Shown: positions 18,100 to 27,451, counted from the stretch's first letter. The stretch: DNA of 64,000 nucleotides from Candidatus Zipacnadia bacterium (GCA_029820045.1 JALGVE010000002.1:3538-67537); one strand, 5' to 3'. The notes: a model not told the origin generated them from the sequence alone. Translations and numbers: made by a program.

Positions 18100-18525
18100 T
18101 CAGTCCCACGGCTGATCGTACTTGATATAGGGCCAACCGCAGCGTATCGGCGAGCGGAAGCGGAAGTGCGGCTGTTTCTCATACCAGTACTGCCCGGGCA
18201 GCGCATACGGCGAGTACACGGCATCTCGCGCAGCCTCCTGCTTGTCCTGCTGGCTCGGCTGCGCGCCGCACCACGGGCAGACCTCGCCCAGCTCATGGTA
18301 GTGCCCGCAGACGGGGCAGACGACCGGGTGGTCATAATCCTGCGCAAAGGTCGGGTATCGGGAGGGGGAGGGATGGTAGTAGTAGCCCGGCGTCTGACCG
18401 TCTCTGACGACCACCTCGCCGTCGAAGCTGCCGCGGTACCAGAGCCTCGTGCTGCCCTGGCCCCACGCGCTGGCCATGCAGGCCAGCGTCACCGCGATGA
18501 TAAGTGCAACTGTTGCCCTTCTCAT
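18100..18525 (-). CDS. Small secreted Tyr-rich protein with a zinc ribbon
   Basis: Signal peptide ending in AWG; CPVCG..CPWCG; many Tyr residues. Confidence 0.75.
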   Translation of the reverse strand: MRRATVALIIAVTLACMASAWGQGSTRLWYRGSFDGEVVVRDGQTPGYYYHPSPSRYPTFAQDYDHPVVCPVCGHYHELGEVCPWCGAQPSQQDKQEAARDAVYSPYALPGQYWYEKQPHFRFRSPIRCGWPYIKYDQPWD

Positions 18526-18568
18526 GTCCTGCCGCCACCTTGGCCCTCATGATCCTATTCGCGGTAGT

Positions 18569-18597
18569 AGTATACACGCCTGTGCTACTAGTGTCAA
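18569..18597 (-). promoter_or_regulatory. Sigma70-type promoter
   Basis: Minus strand TTGACA-N17-TATACT upstream of the 18525 start. Confidence 0.8.
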
Positions 18598-18603
18598 TAG
18601 TAG
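18585..18603. promoter_or_regulatory. Palindromic operator CTACTA-N7-TAGTAG, copy 3, enclosing the -35 box
   Basis: CTACTA gtgtcaa TAGTAG; a degenerate extra copy at 18552-18570. Confidence 0.75.
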
Positions 18604-18748
18604 AGCGCAGAAAAACCGCGCCGAAGTGTCCAGGGCGCGGGATTAACCTCCTGAGGGCGAGGGCAAGAGCCCTCAGAAGTCGAATAGACCTCCGAGTCGC
18701 ACGGGCAAGGACCCGGTGCCTCACAACACACAAAGGTGGTTATGTGTG

Positions 18749-19720
18749 ATGACGGACGTTCGCGTTGGCTTCATTGGCTGCGGGAATCACGCAACTCAGA
18801 ACCTCTACCCCGCGCTGCGCTACGCGGGCATGGACCTGGCGGCGGTCTGCGACCTGGACAAGCGGAAGGCGCAGCGCGTCGCCCGGCAGTTCGGCGCCCA
18901 TCGGACCTACCAGGACCTGGGCACGATGCTCGATGAGATGGACCTTGACGCTGCGCTGGTCTGCGGGCCGCCGGAGCTGCACTTCGAGGCGGCGCTGGCG
19001 GCCCTCGAGCGTGGCTGCCACGTCTGGACCGAGAAGCCGCCGGCGCCGACGCTCGCCGAGACGGAGCAGCTTGCCGCATACGCGGCGCAGGTCGGGCGCA
19101 TCTTGCAGATCGGCTTCATGATGCGCTTCGCCCCGGCCTACGTGCGGCTCAAGCAGATCATCGAGAGCGAGGAGTTCGGCGCGCCGTCGCTCATCGAGGC
19201 GAAGTACTGCTGCTGGAACGTTTCGAACCATCGCCACCATCTCATCTACTACGGAGTGCACATCCTCGATCTTGTGCGCCACCTGATGGGCGAGGTCACC
19301 GAGCTTGCGGTGCTCAAGTGCGAGCGCGATGGGCAGCTTGCGAATGCCATCAGCCTGCGCTTCGCCTCGGGCGCGGTCGGGCTGGTGAACTTCTCCAGCC
19401 TCCAACCGCGCGTCCAGGAGCGCGTGGAGGTTACCGGCGAGAGCGCCCTGGCGATCGTGGATAACCGCGTGAACCTCACCTATCACAGGCCCGGCACCAA
19501 CGAGTTCGGCGAGACCACATGGTCGCGGCCCGACTTCGCCATCCCGAACCAGGCCAACTCGACGTTGGAGCTTCAGGGCTACCTTCCTGAGCTATCGCAC
19601 TTCGCGGCCGCCGTGCGCGGCGAGGCTGAGCCGGCCGCTACCATCGAGGACGGCGTGGCGGTCATGCGCCTGCTCGACTTAGTCGAGCAGAACGAGGGAG
19701 AGGTGGTGCAGGTGGGGTAG
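18749..19720 (+). CDS. Gfo/Idh/MocA oxidoreductase
   Basis: 'VGFIGCGNH', 'HVWTEKP', 'GFMMRFAP', 'VHILD'. Confidence 0.9.
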   Translation: MTDVRVGFIGCGNHATQNLYPALRYAGMDLAAVCDLDKRKAQRVARQFGAHRTYQDLGTMLDEMDLDAALVCGPPELHFEAALAALERGCHVWTEKPPAPTLAETEQLAAYAAQVGRILQIGFMMRFAPAYVRLKQIIESEEFGAPSLIEAKYCCWNVSNHRHHLIYYGVHILDLVRHLMGEVTELAVLKCERDGQLANAISLRFASGAVGLVNFSSLQPRVQERVEVTGESALAIVDNRVNLTYHRPGTNEFGETTWSRPDFAIPNQANSTLELQGYLPELSHFAAAVRGEAEPAATIEDGVAVMRLLDLVEQNEGEVVQVG

Positions 19721-19764
19721 AGGGGGCCGAGCCTAGCGATGAGGAGCAACGCCGCCAGCGCGAG

Positions 19765-20046
19765 GTGCTGGAGAAGCTGGCACTAGCCATCGCGCGGCGG
19801 CGCATGTGCGCACCGGCGATCTTCCTCTTTGAATCTATGCAACCCGTGTCCTTCCTCGGGGCGCAGGCGCTCGCCTTTGCGGAGCCCCTCATCAAGGTCC
19901 TGCTGGACATCCCCGAGTACCAGGTCTTCCGCGAGGCCCTCGAGGACCGCGAGAACGTCCGCTGGCTCATTGACCGCCTGGAGGAGTTGGAGGACAATCC
20001 CCCGGCCGATGACCAGCGGTCTGCGCCCGGCAATGATGAGCCGTGA
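19765..20046 (+). CDS. Small conserved-looking hypothetical protein heading the GlmL-like operon
   Basis: 'APAIFLFESMQPVSFLGAQAL...LEDRENV..LIDRLE'; good codon bias; start uncertain because the frame is open further upstream. Confidence 0.7.
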   Translation: MLEKLALAIARRRMCAPAIFLFESMQPVSFLGAQALAFAEPLIKVLLDIPEYQVFREALEDRENVRWLIDRLEELEDNPPADDQRSAPGNDEP

Positions 20047-20213
20047 AGGTGTGCGTGGTGGTGGCGCCGAAACAGGCAATGAACGGCGCGCGGGATGCTA
20101 TCCCGCGCCTCCGAGGACCTGCTTAGTTCGGACGGGCGCAATCATGTCCCGCCGTGGGCGGCGCCAGCCCCCCACCTTTGAGGCCACGGGAGATATGTAC
20201 GTTGGCCGCCGAC

Positions 20214-22019
20214 ATGCCCCTACGTTCCATCTTAGCCACCGACTGCGGCTCCACTACCACTAAGGCGATCCTCATCGAGTTGGTGGAGGGCGAGTACCGC
20301 TTGCGCGTGCGCGGTGAGGCCCCGACTACCGTCGAGGCCCCCTACGAGGACGTCACCCGTGGCGTGCTGAACGCCGTCTCGGAGGTTGAGGAGGTCTCCG
20401 GCCGCCGCCTGATCGCCGACGGGGACATCATCCGGCCTCAACGGGGGGATCAGGGCGTGGATGCGTACCTCTCGACCAGCTCGGCCGGCGGTGGCCTGCA
20501 GGTGATGGTCGTCGGGCTGGTGCGCACCATGACCGCCGAGAGTGCGCAGCGCGCGGCCCTGGGCGCCGGCGCCATCGTCATGGACGTGCTGGCGCTCGAT
20601 GATGGCCGGCGCGACTACGAGCGCATCCAGCGTATGCGCGAGCTTCGCCCGGACATGATCCTGATCTCCGGCGGTGTGGACGGCGGCGAGCAGCGGCGGG
20701 TGGTGGAGATGGCCGAGCTGGTCGGCGCGGCGAATCCCCGCGCGCGCCTGGGAGCTAAGTATGAGCTTCCCGTTATCTTTGCCGGCAATGCCGACGCCCG
20801 CGACGCCATCAGCGATACCCTCGCCGACAAGACCGCCCTGACCCTTGTTGACAACCTCCGCCCGACGATGGAGCGCGAGAACCTGGGGCCTGCCCGCGCC
20901 GAAATACAGGAGCTGTTCCTGGAGCATGTGATGGCCCAGGCTCCCGGTTACTCGGAGTTGATGACCTGGACCGATGCCGACATCATGCCGACTCCTGCGG
21001 CGGTGGGCAGCCTCATCGAGGCCATCGCCAAGCGCGATGGCATCAACGTCGTCGGCGTGGACATCGGCGGCGCGACGACCGATGTCTTCAGCGTCTTCGA
21101 GGGTGTCTTCAACCGCACGGTCAGCGCGAACCTGGGCATGAGCTACTCGGTCTCGAACGTGCTGGCGGAGACGGGCCTGCCGAACATCCTGCGCTGGGTC
21201 ACCGAGCAACCGGACCCGGGCCTGGTGGGCAACGCTATCCGTAACAAGATGATACGCCCCACCACCATCCCGCAGACGCTTGCCGACCTGACCATCGAGC
21301 AGGCAGCCGCACGCGAGGCGCTTCGGCTTGCTTTCGGGCAGCACAAGCTGCTGGCCACGGAACTCAAGGGCATCCAGCGCCAGCGCGACATAGCCGACGC
21401 CTTCGCCGCTGGCGGCGCGCAGACGCTCGTGGAGATGATGTCCCTGGATCTGCTGGTGGGCTCCGGCGGCGTGCTCTCCCACGCGCCGCGCCGCAACCAG
21501 GCCGCGCTGATGCTCATTGATGCCTTCGAGCCGGAGGGCATCACCCGCCTGGCGGTGGATAGCATCTTCATGATGCCCCAGCTCGGCGTTCTCTCGACCG
21601 TCAACGCGGAGGCGGCCAGGCAGGTTTTCTATCGCGACTGCCTCATTCCGCTGGGAACCTGCATAGCGCCGGTCGGGCATGGCCGGCCCGGTTCGCCCTG
21701 CCTGCGCGTGCGGCTGACCGGCGGAGGGCGCAGCGAGGACTTGCAGCTCAACGTAGGCGAGATGCGTCTCATCCCGCTCCCCGAGGGGCAGACCGCGGAG
21801 GTCGCGCTCGATCCGGTGCGGCGCTTCGATGTTGGCGCCGGGCCGGGCCGGGCGCTGACGGCCACGGTGCAGGGCGGCGTGGTAGGGGTAGTGATTGACG
21901 CCCGCGGCCGCCCGCTGCGGCTTCCCGAAGATGAGGCCGAGCGCATCTCAGCTATCCGCGCCTGGAATGCCGAGCTTGACGTCTATCCGCGCAACCTCGC
22001 GGCAGGGGAGGTAGCCTGA
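20214..22019 (+). CDS. GlmL/MutL (glutamate mutase L)-like ASKHA ATPase
   Basis: Phosphate-1 'TDCGSTTTK', 'SSAGGGL', phosphate-2 'VDIGGATTDV', adenosine 'GSGGVL'; C-terminal 'GGVVGVVIDARGRP'. Confidence 0.85.
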   Translation: MPLRSILATDCGSTTTKAILIELVEGEYRLRVRGEAPTTVEAPYEDVTRGVLNAVSEVEEVSGRRLIADGDIIRPQRGDQGVDAYLSTSSAGGGLQVMVVGLVRTMTAESAQRAALGAGAIVMDVLALDDGRRDYERIQRMRELRPDMILISGGVDGGEQRRVVEMAELVGAANPRARLGAKYELPVIFAGNADARDAISDTLADKTALTLVDNLRPTMERENLGPARAEIQELFLEHVMAQAPGYSELMTWTDADIMPTPAAVGSLIEAIAKRDGINVVGVDIGGATTDVFSVFEGVFNRTVSANLGMSYSVSNVLAETGLPNILRWVTEQPDPGLVGNAIRNKMIRPTTIPQTLADLTIEQAAAREALRLAFGQHKLLATELKGIQRQRDIADAFAAGGAQTLVEMMSLDLLVGSGGVLSHAPRRNQAALMLIDAFEPEGITRLAVDSIFMMPQLGVLSTVNAEAARQVFYRDCLIPLGTCIAPVGHGRPGSPCLRVRLTGGGRSEDLQLNVGEMRLIPLPEGQTAEVALDPVRRFDVGAGPGRALTATVQGGVVGVVIDARGRPLRLPEDEAERISAIRAWNAELDVYPRNLAAGEVA

Positions 22020-22021
22020 AC

Positions 22022-23146
22022 GTGGCGCATGGTTATACGCCGGGACTGAGGGTCACAGAGCGCGCGCTGGTGCGCAGGCGGCGTCACCTGCCCCTGCCCG
22101 GCCAGGTCCACGTCCAGGTCGGCGAGCGCGTGAGCGCCGACCAGCTCGTCGCCTCCACCGAGCTACCGGGCAATGTCACCAACCTCAACGTCGCCCACGA
22201 ACTCTCCTGCACGCCCGCCGACGTTCCCGACTACCTCGTCGTCAGCGTTGGCGATGCCGTGGAAATCGGCGAGGTCATTGCCGAGACCAGGGCTCTGTGG
22301 GGCCTCTTTCACTCTGTTGCGACGACGCCGGTGAGCGGCACGGTCGAGACGATCAGCGAGGTGACCGGCCAGGTCCTGATACGCGGCAAGCCGATTCGCG
22401 TGGAGATTGACGCCTACCTGGACGGGACCGTCATTGAGGTCGAGGGGGATGAAGCGATCACCGTTGAGGCCCGCGCAGCATTCCTGCAGGGCATCCTGGG
22501 CGTCGGCGGCGAGGCCCACGGGGACCTGAAGCTGGTGGTCGAGTCGCCGGACGCGGTGGTCGAGGCGGACTTGATTGACGACTCCTGCGCGGGTTGCGTG
22601 CTGGTCGGCGGGAGCCGTGTCACGCTGGAGGCCCTGCGCGCGGCGGCGGAGGTCGGCGCGGCCGGCGTAGTGGTCGGCGGCGTCCACGGCATGGACCTCA
22701 ACGAGTTCCTGGGCGAGCCGCTCGGCGTCGCCATCACCGGCCAGGAGGACGTGGGCACGACCCTGGTGCTCACCGAGGGCTTCGGAGAGATAGCGATGGC
22801 CGGGCGCTCCTGGAAACTGCTTGCCGCACGCAGTGGGCGCCGCACCTCGATCAACGGCGCCACGCAGATTCGCGCGGGCGTTATCAGACCCGAGGTCATC
22901 ATCCCGGAGCCGGAGGCGACCTGGGAGGCCGACGGGGTGGATGTCTCCGCCGGGCTGGCGCCGGGCAGCTACGTTCGCCTCATCCGCGAGCCTTACTTCG
23001 GCCGCCTGGCGATCGTGACCGACCTTCCCGAGCAGCTTCAGCAGATCGAGACCGAGGCCCACGTGCGCGTGCTGCGCGCTCGACTTGAGGACACGGGCGA
23101 GGAGATAACGGTGCCGAGGGCGAATGTGGAAGCGATCCAGCGATGA
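22022..23146 (+). CDS. Uncharacterised protein with barrel-sandwich-hybrid repeats, a swivelling-like domain and a C-terminal KOW/SH3-like domain
   Basis: 'VQVGERVSAD', 'VSVGDAVEIGEVIA', 'TPVSGTVE', 'AAEVGAAGVVVGG', 'VLTEGFG', 'GSYVRLIREPYFGR'; 2 bp from the ATPase gene. Confidence 0.75.
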   Translation: MAHGYTPGLRVTERALVRRRRHLPLPGQVHVQVGERVSADQLVASTELPGNVTNLNVAHELSCTPADVPDYLVVSVGDAVEIGEVIAETRALWGLFHSVATTPVSGTVETISEVTGQVLIRGKPIRVEIDAYLDGTVIEVEGDEAITVEARAAFLQGILGVGGEAHGDLKLVVESPDAVVEADLIDDSCAGCVLVGGSRVTLEALRAAAEVGAAGVVVGGVHGMDLNEFLGEPLGVAITGQEDVGTTLVLTEGFGEIAMAGRSWKLLAARSGRRTSINGATQIRAGVIRPEVIIPEPEATWEADGVDVSAGLAPGSYVRLIREPYFGRLAIVTDLPEQLQQIETEAHVRVLRARLEDTGEEITVPRANVEAIQR

Positions 23147-24465
23147 TTGTCTGCGGCATGGACAGAAGCACTGTGGCGGGGGGCGCCCTCGCCCCCCGCA
23201 CCCATCACTATGCGCGGGCTGAGGGCAGCCTCCGCCACGGACAGCGGTTCCGACTGTGCACCGCCCTTGCAGCCCTGGCCATCTGTGCCTCGGCCTGGGC
23301 CGCGCCCCCCGGCGCGCCCACACAAGTGAAGGCCGTTGATAATCCTGAGGATGACCGCGGCACGCAGATGATCGTCAGTTGGGAGGCTCCCACGAAACGC
23401 CAGAGGCCGTGGGGCACGTACTGGGCCGGCTACCAGGTGTTCTATGCGCCGGTTGGCCGGGAGAGGCGGCCGGGACCCCTGGCGCCACCCGAAAGCACCG
23501 AGGTAGTGGCTGCCTGCTTCAAGCCGTGGCCGTGGCGACCCTACAATACTCAGGTCGCCGTGGTCTACCTACCGACCCCAGCGCTTGCTGTTACGGACGC
23601 TTCCGGGGCAATTGCCCCTTCCGGCGCTCACTTCGTCTTCAGCGACACCATCGGCCCGGTGCAGCCGCTGGCCCTTTGGTATAATGCCAAGCGCACCAAC
23701 GTGCTGGTGATGATGCTGCTTTACTCTGCGATCGTCCTCATCACCATCCACTACGCCACGCGCCGCGCGGAGGACATGTACATCCGCCCCATCGCCGGGT
23801 TGGAGGCCGTCAACGACGCCATCGGCCGTGCCACCGAGATGGGCAAGCCCATCCTCTACATCTCCGGCCTCAGCGGCATCTCGGACGTCGCGACCATCGC
23901 GGCCATGCTCATTCTCGGGCACCTCGCCCGACGCACCGCGCGCTATGAGACCCAGATAATCGTGCCGTGCCAGGACCCGCTGGTCATGGCCGCCGAGCGC
24001 GAGATCGTGCGCGATGCCTACCTGGAGGCCGGTAAGCCTCAGGCCTTCCGGCCCGAGGACATCTACTACGTGACTGACAGTCAGTTCGGCTACGTGGCGG
24101 CCGTGGACGGCGTCATGATGCGGGAGCGCCCGGCGGCCTGCTTCTACATGGGCTACTTCTACGCCGAGGCTCTGATCCTGGCCGAGACCGGCAACGCCGC
24201 CGGCGCCATCCAGATCGCGGGTACCGACGCGGATACTCAGCTTCCGTTCTTCATCACCGCCTGTGACTACACGCTGATGGGAGAGGAACTCTACGCGGCC
24301 AGCGCCTACCTGTCGCGCCAGCCGCTTCTGGTGGCGCAACTGCGCGGGCAGGACCTCGGCAAGATACTGATAGCTGCCGTACTCCTGGTGGGGACGGCGA
24401 TCACGACCCTCGCTACCTTCTGGCCTGAGGTGGCTCAACGGTTCCTAGACTGGTTCAACGTCTAA
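23143..24465 (+). CDS. DUF6754-like membrane protein with an extracytoplasmic FN3-like domain
   Basis: 'PGAPTQVKAVDNP..G..MIVSW'; 'IRPIAGLEAVNDAIGRATEMGKP'; 'QLPFFITACDYTLMGEELYAASAYL'; TM helices; start may lie downstream. Confidence 0.75.
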   Translation: MIVCGMDRSTVAGGALAPRTHHYARAEGSLRHGQRFRLCTALAALAICASAWAAPPGAPTQVKAVDNPEDDRGTQMIVSWEAPTKRQRPWGTYWAGYQVFYAPVGRERRPGPLAPPESTEVVAACFKPWPWRPYNTQVAVVYLPTPALAVTDASGAIAPSGAHFVFSDTIGPVQPLALWYNAKRTNVLVMMLLYSAIVLITIHYATRRAEDMYIRPIAGLEAVNDAIGRATEMGKPILYISGLSGISDVATIAAMLILGHLARRTARYETQIIVPCQDPLVMAAEREIVRDAYLEAGKPQAFRPEDIYYVTDSQFGYVAAVDGVMMRERPAACFYMGYFYAEALILAETGNAAGAIQIAGTDADTQLPFFITACDYTLMGEELYAASAYLSRQPLLVAQLRGQDLGKILIAAVLLVGTAITTLATFWPEVAQRFLDWFNV

Positions 24466-24478
24466 CCAGATTATTCCC

Positions 24479-24519
24479 GTAGGTCGGCCTGCGCCTGACG
24501 ATTTGCGTCAGGCGCAGGT
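24479..24519. repeat. GTAG REP-like hairpin
   Basis: GTAGGTCGG CCTGCGCCTGACG attt g CGTCAGGCGCAGG. Confidence 0.5.
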
Positions 24520-24582
24520 GAAAGCGCGCCCCGCAGCGCTTTCAGCCTCGAGCCCGACACGGACCTATGAACAGGTGATAGC

Positions 24583-25224
24583 TTGAAGCTGCAAGTGCCG
24601 TTGGTGATAACCTTCCTGGTCGGGGTCTTCATGGCGGTGCAGTTCTTTGTGCCCCATGAGGTCGGCCAGGGCGGCTACGAGATGCTGCTCAAGTGGGCGA
24701 GGCTGGTGGGCGCCTTCGCCCTGGTGCTCGGTATCGGTAGCCTCTGGCGCACTCACGGCGACAAGATCCGGCGGCGGCGCCCGGACTGGCCGTACAGCGT
24801 GGTCGCGCTGGTGAGCTTCGTGGTGATGGTAGTGCTGGGCATCGTCTACGGGCACGGCGAGCACACCGGCTTCGACTGGGTTTTTCGGCACATTCAAGTC
24901 CCGCTGGATGCGACCATGTTCGCGCTGCTGGCCTTCTTTGTCGCTTCGGCCGCCTTCCGCACCTTCCGCGCGCGCAGCGTCGAGGCCACGCTGCTGTTGG
25001 TCACTGCTCTGGTGGTGATGCTCGGCCGGGTCCCCATCGGGGAACTCCTCTACCACCGCATGCCTCAGGTCTCGGAGTGGATCATGACCGTGCCGACCGT
25101 CGCGGGCAAGCGAGGCATACTGCTCGGCGTGGCGCTAGGGGCGGCCGCCACGGCCTTGCGCATCATCCTGGGTATCGAACGCTCTCATCTCGGCGGCGCC
25201 GGCGGCTCGGGGGAGGGGGAGTAG
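24583..25224 (+). CDS. Multi-pass membrane protein of the GlmL-like operon
   Basis: About 6 hydrophobic helices; 'PLDATMFALLAFFVASAAFRTFRARS', 'GKRGILLG', 'LRIILGIER'. Confidence 0.85.
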   Translation: MKLQVPLVITFLVGVFMAVQFFVPHEVGQGGYEMLLKWARLVGAFALVLGIGSLWRTHGDKIRRRRPDWPYSVVALVSFVVMVVLGIVYGHGEHTGFDWVFRHIQVPLDATMFALLAFFVASAAFRTFRARSVEATLLLVTALVVMLGRVPIGELLYHRMPQVSEWIMTVPTVAGKRGILLGVALGAAATALRIILGIERSHLGGAGGSGEGE

Positions 25225-25227
25225 GCC

Positions 25228-26055
25228 GTGAACTTCTGGGAGCGCATACTTGCCCTCGATCGCCGCTGGGTCTACGTCGGCATAGCGCTCGCGGTCATCC
25301 TGCCCATCACCTTAGGCCTTGAGATGACGCTGGGCACAACCTCCCCGCCCACCCAGGACTTCTATGACGCCGTCGAGGCCCTGAAGCCCGGTGCTCCCGT
25401 CCTCATCGCCTTCGACTACGGCCCCTCCAGCATGCCCGAGCTGGACCCGCAGGCGAAGGCCATCGTGCGGCACTGCCTGTCGCGGAAGCTGCGGATCATC
25501 TGTGTCGCGCTCTGGCCTACGGGCACGGCCTTGGCCCGCGATGTGCTATCCTCCGTTGGCGAGGACATGGGGGCAGTGGACGGCGAGGATTACGTGAACC
25601 TCGGCTTCAAGGCAGGCTCCGTGGCCGTGATACTGGGCCTGGGCGAGGACATCAGCGACGTCTACCCACAGGACGCTGAGGGCCGGAAAACCTCGGGTTT
25701 GGCCGTGATGAAGGGCGTCAAGTCGTACGCCGACGTGCCCTTGATGGTTGACCTCGCCGCTGGCAACTCACCCTTCGGCTGGATTTCGTACGCCCATGAG
25801 CGCTATCATCAGAAGGTCGCCGCCGGCATCACCGCGGTCATGGCCACCGATCTCTATCCGTACCTTCAGACCGGTCAGCTCGTGGGCCTTGTGAACGGCT
25901 TGAAGGGCGCTGCCGAGTATGAGGACCTCATTCACCATCATGGGATGGGCGTGCGGGGCATGTCGGCTCAGTCCATTGCGCACTTGTGGATCATCTTCCT
26001 GGTCATCGTGGGGAACATCGCGTACTTCGCCATGCGTCGGGCCAGCAGAGAGTGA
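25228..26055 (+). CDS. Membrane protein with an N-terminal TM, a soluble alpha/beta domain and a C-terminal TM
   Basis: 'FDYGPSSMPEL', 'DYVNLGFKAG', 'YPYLQTGQLVGLVNGLKGAAEYE', 'AQSIAH'. Confidence 0.85.
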   Translation: MNFWERILALDRRWVYVGIALAVILPITLGLEMTLGTTSPPTQDFYDAVEALKPGAPVLIAFDYGPSSMPELDPQAKAIVRHCLSRKLRIICVALWPTGTALARDVLSSVGEDMGAVDGEDYVNLGFKAGSVAVILGLGEDISDVYPQDAEGRKTSGLAVMKGVKSYADVPLMVDLAAGNSPFGWISYAHERYHQKVAAGITAVMATDLYPYLQTGQLVGLVNGLKGAAEYEDLIHHHGMGVRGMSAQSIAHLWIIFLVIVGNIAYFAMRRASRE

Positions 26056-26117
26056 CGGCCTCGTGTGTGCCGGCGAGGGCGTCTGCCCGCACATCGGACG
26101 GGGGAGTGAACGCAACG

Positions 26118-27437
26118 ATGAATTACATAATGATCTGCCTTGACAGCCTGCGCCAGGACCACATCGGCGCCTACGGTGGGAAGGCCAACACGCCGAACAT
26201 GGACCGCTTCGCCCAGCAGAGCGCGGTCTTCAGCCGACTGCGCTCCGAGGCGCTGCCGACGGTCCCGGTGCGCCGCGCGCTTTCGACCGGCGTGCGCGTC
26301 TTTCCCTGGGAGGAGCGCCAGCGCCCGAAGGGCATCTACAACCGGCACAGCGGCTGGGCACCTTTGCGCGAGAGCGATGTAACCATCGCCGAGCACCTGC
26401 TTGAGCGGGGCTACGTCACCGCCATGGTCATTGATGTCTATCACCTGATGAAGCCGGCCATGAACTTCCACCGGGGCATGAAATCCTTCAACTTCATCCG
26501 CGGCCAGGAGAACGACCAGTGGAAGAGCGCGCCGCTGCCGCCGGGGGCGCTCGACCGCTACGTCCCTGAGGACTTCCCGGAGCGGCGACTGCAAGTGCTG
26601 ACCCAGTACCTGCAGAACCAGCAGGGCCTGGAGGGCGAGGAGGGGCGCCAACCCGCGCGGGTCTTCTCCGAGGCGATGCGCTGGCTGGAGGGCAACGCCG
26701 GCCAGGAGAAATTCTACCTCTGGGTGGACAGCTTTGACCCGCACGAGCCCTGGTACGTTCCGCAGGAGTTCGTTGACCTCTACGACCCGGGCTATGAGGG
26801 CAAGGAGTGGATATATCCCAACATCATTCCCTACGCGGAGATGACCGAGCCCGAGCGCGATCATGCCAAGGCGCTGTACAAGGCCAACGTCACCCTGGTG
26901 GACAAGTGGCTGGGCAAGTTCCTGGACAAGATTGACGAGCTGGGCCTGCGCGAGAACACGCTGGTCGTGCTGCTCTCGGACCACGGGAAGATCGTGGGCG
27001 AGTTCGGCAACTTCGGGATGTCGAACAAGGACTCCAGCCGCTTCCTGTACGATGTGCCGCTGATGGTGCGCCATCCGGAGGGCGTCGGCGCCGGCGAGCG
27101 CTTCGAGCAGTGGGTCTACGACATTGACGTGACGGCGACCGCGCTGGACGTGCTCGGCGAGGAGCCGTTGCCGGGCATAGACGGGCAGAGCTTCTGGCCG
27201 ATCATCACCGGGGAGCAGGACAAGCTCCACGACTACTGCGTGTGCGGCTACTCCGAGGTCGCCTGCGTCTGGCAGGACAATCTCATCTACGTCCGTGATG
27301 ATGGCGAGCACACCGACGCCTTGTTCGACGCCTGGGAGGACCCGGAGCAGCAGAACGACCTCAGCGAAGGGATGCCTGACGCAAAGGCGGAGATGGCCGC
27401 ACATCTCGACGAGCTGCTGGCCGGGGGGCCGCACTGA
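26118..27437 (+). CDS. Sulfatase-like / alkaline-phosphatase-superfamily hydrolase with Thr at the nucleophile position
   Basis: 'CLDSLRQDH', 'PTVPVRRALSTG', 'DPHEPW', 'SDHG', 'VPLMVRHP'. Confidence 0.85.
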   Translation: MNYIMICLDSLRQDHIGAYGGKANTPNMDRFAQQSAVFSRLRSEALPTVPVRRALSTGVRVFPWEERQRPKGIYNRHSGWAPLRESDVTIAEHLLERGYVTAMVIDVYHLMKPAMNFHRGMKSFNFIRGQENDQWKSAPLPPGALDRYVPEDFPERRLQVLTQYLQNQQGLEGEEGRQPARVFSEAMRWLEGNAGQEKFYLWVDSFDPHEPWYVPQEFVDLYDPGYEGKEWIYPNIIPYAEMTEPERDHAKALYKANVTLVDKWLGKFLDKIDELGLRENTLVVLLSDHGKIVGEFGNFGMSNKDSSRFLYDVPLMVRHPEGVGAGERFEQWVYDIDVTATALDVLGEEPLPGIDGQSFWPIITGEQDKLHDYCVCGYSEVACVWQDNLIYVRDDGEHTDALFDAWEDPEQQNDLSEGMPDAKAEMAAHLDELLAGGPH

Positions 27438-27451
27438 GTGGGCGGCCGTCG

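Noticed and set aside
20214..22019. DNA mismatch-repair MutL
   Set aside because: The motifs are ASKHA/actin-like, not GHKL; only the name is shared with glutamate-mutase MutL/GlmL.
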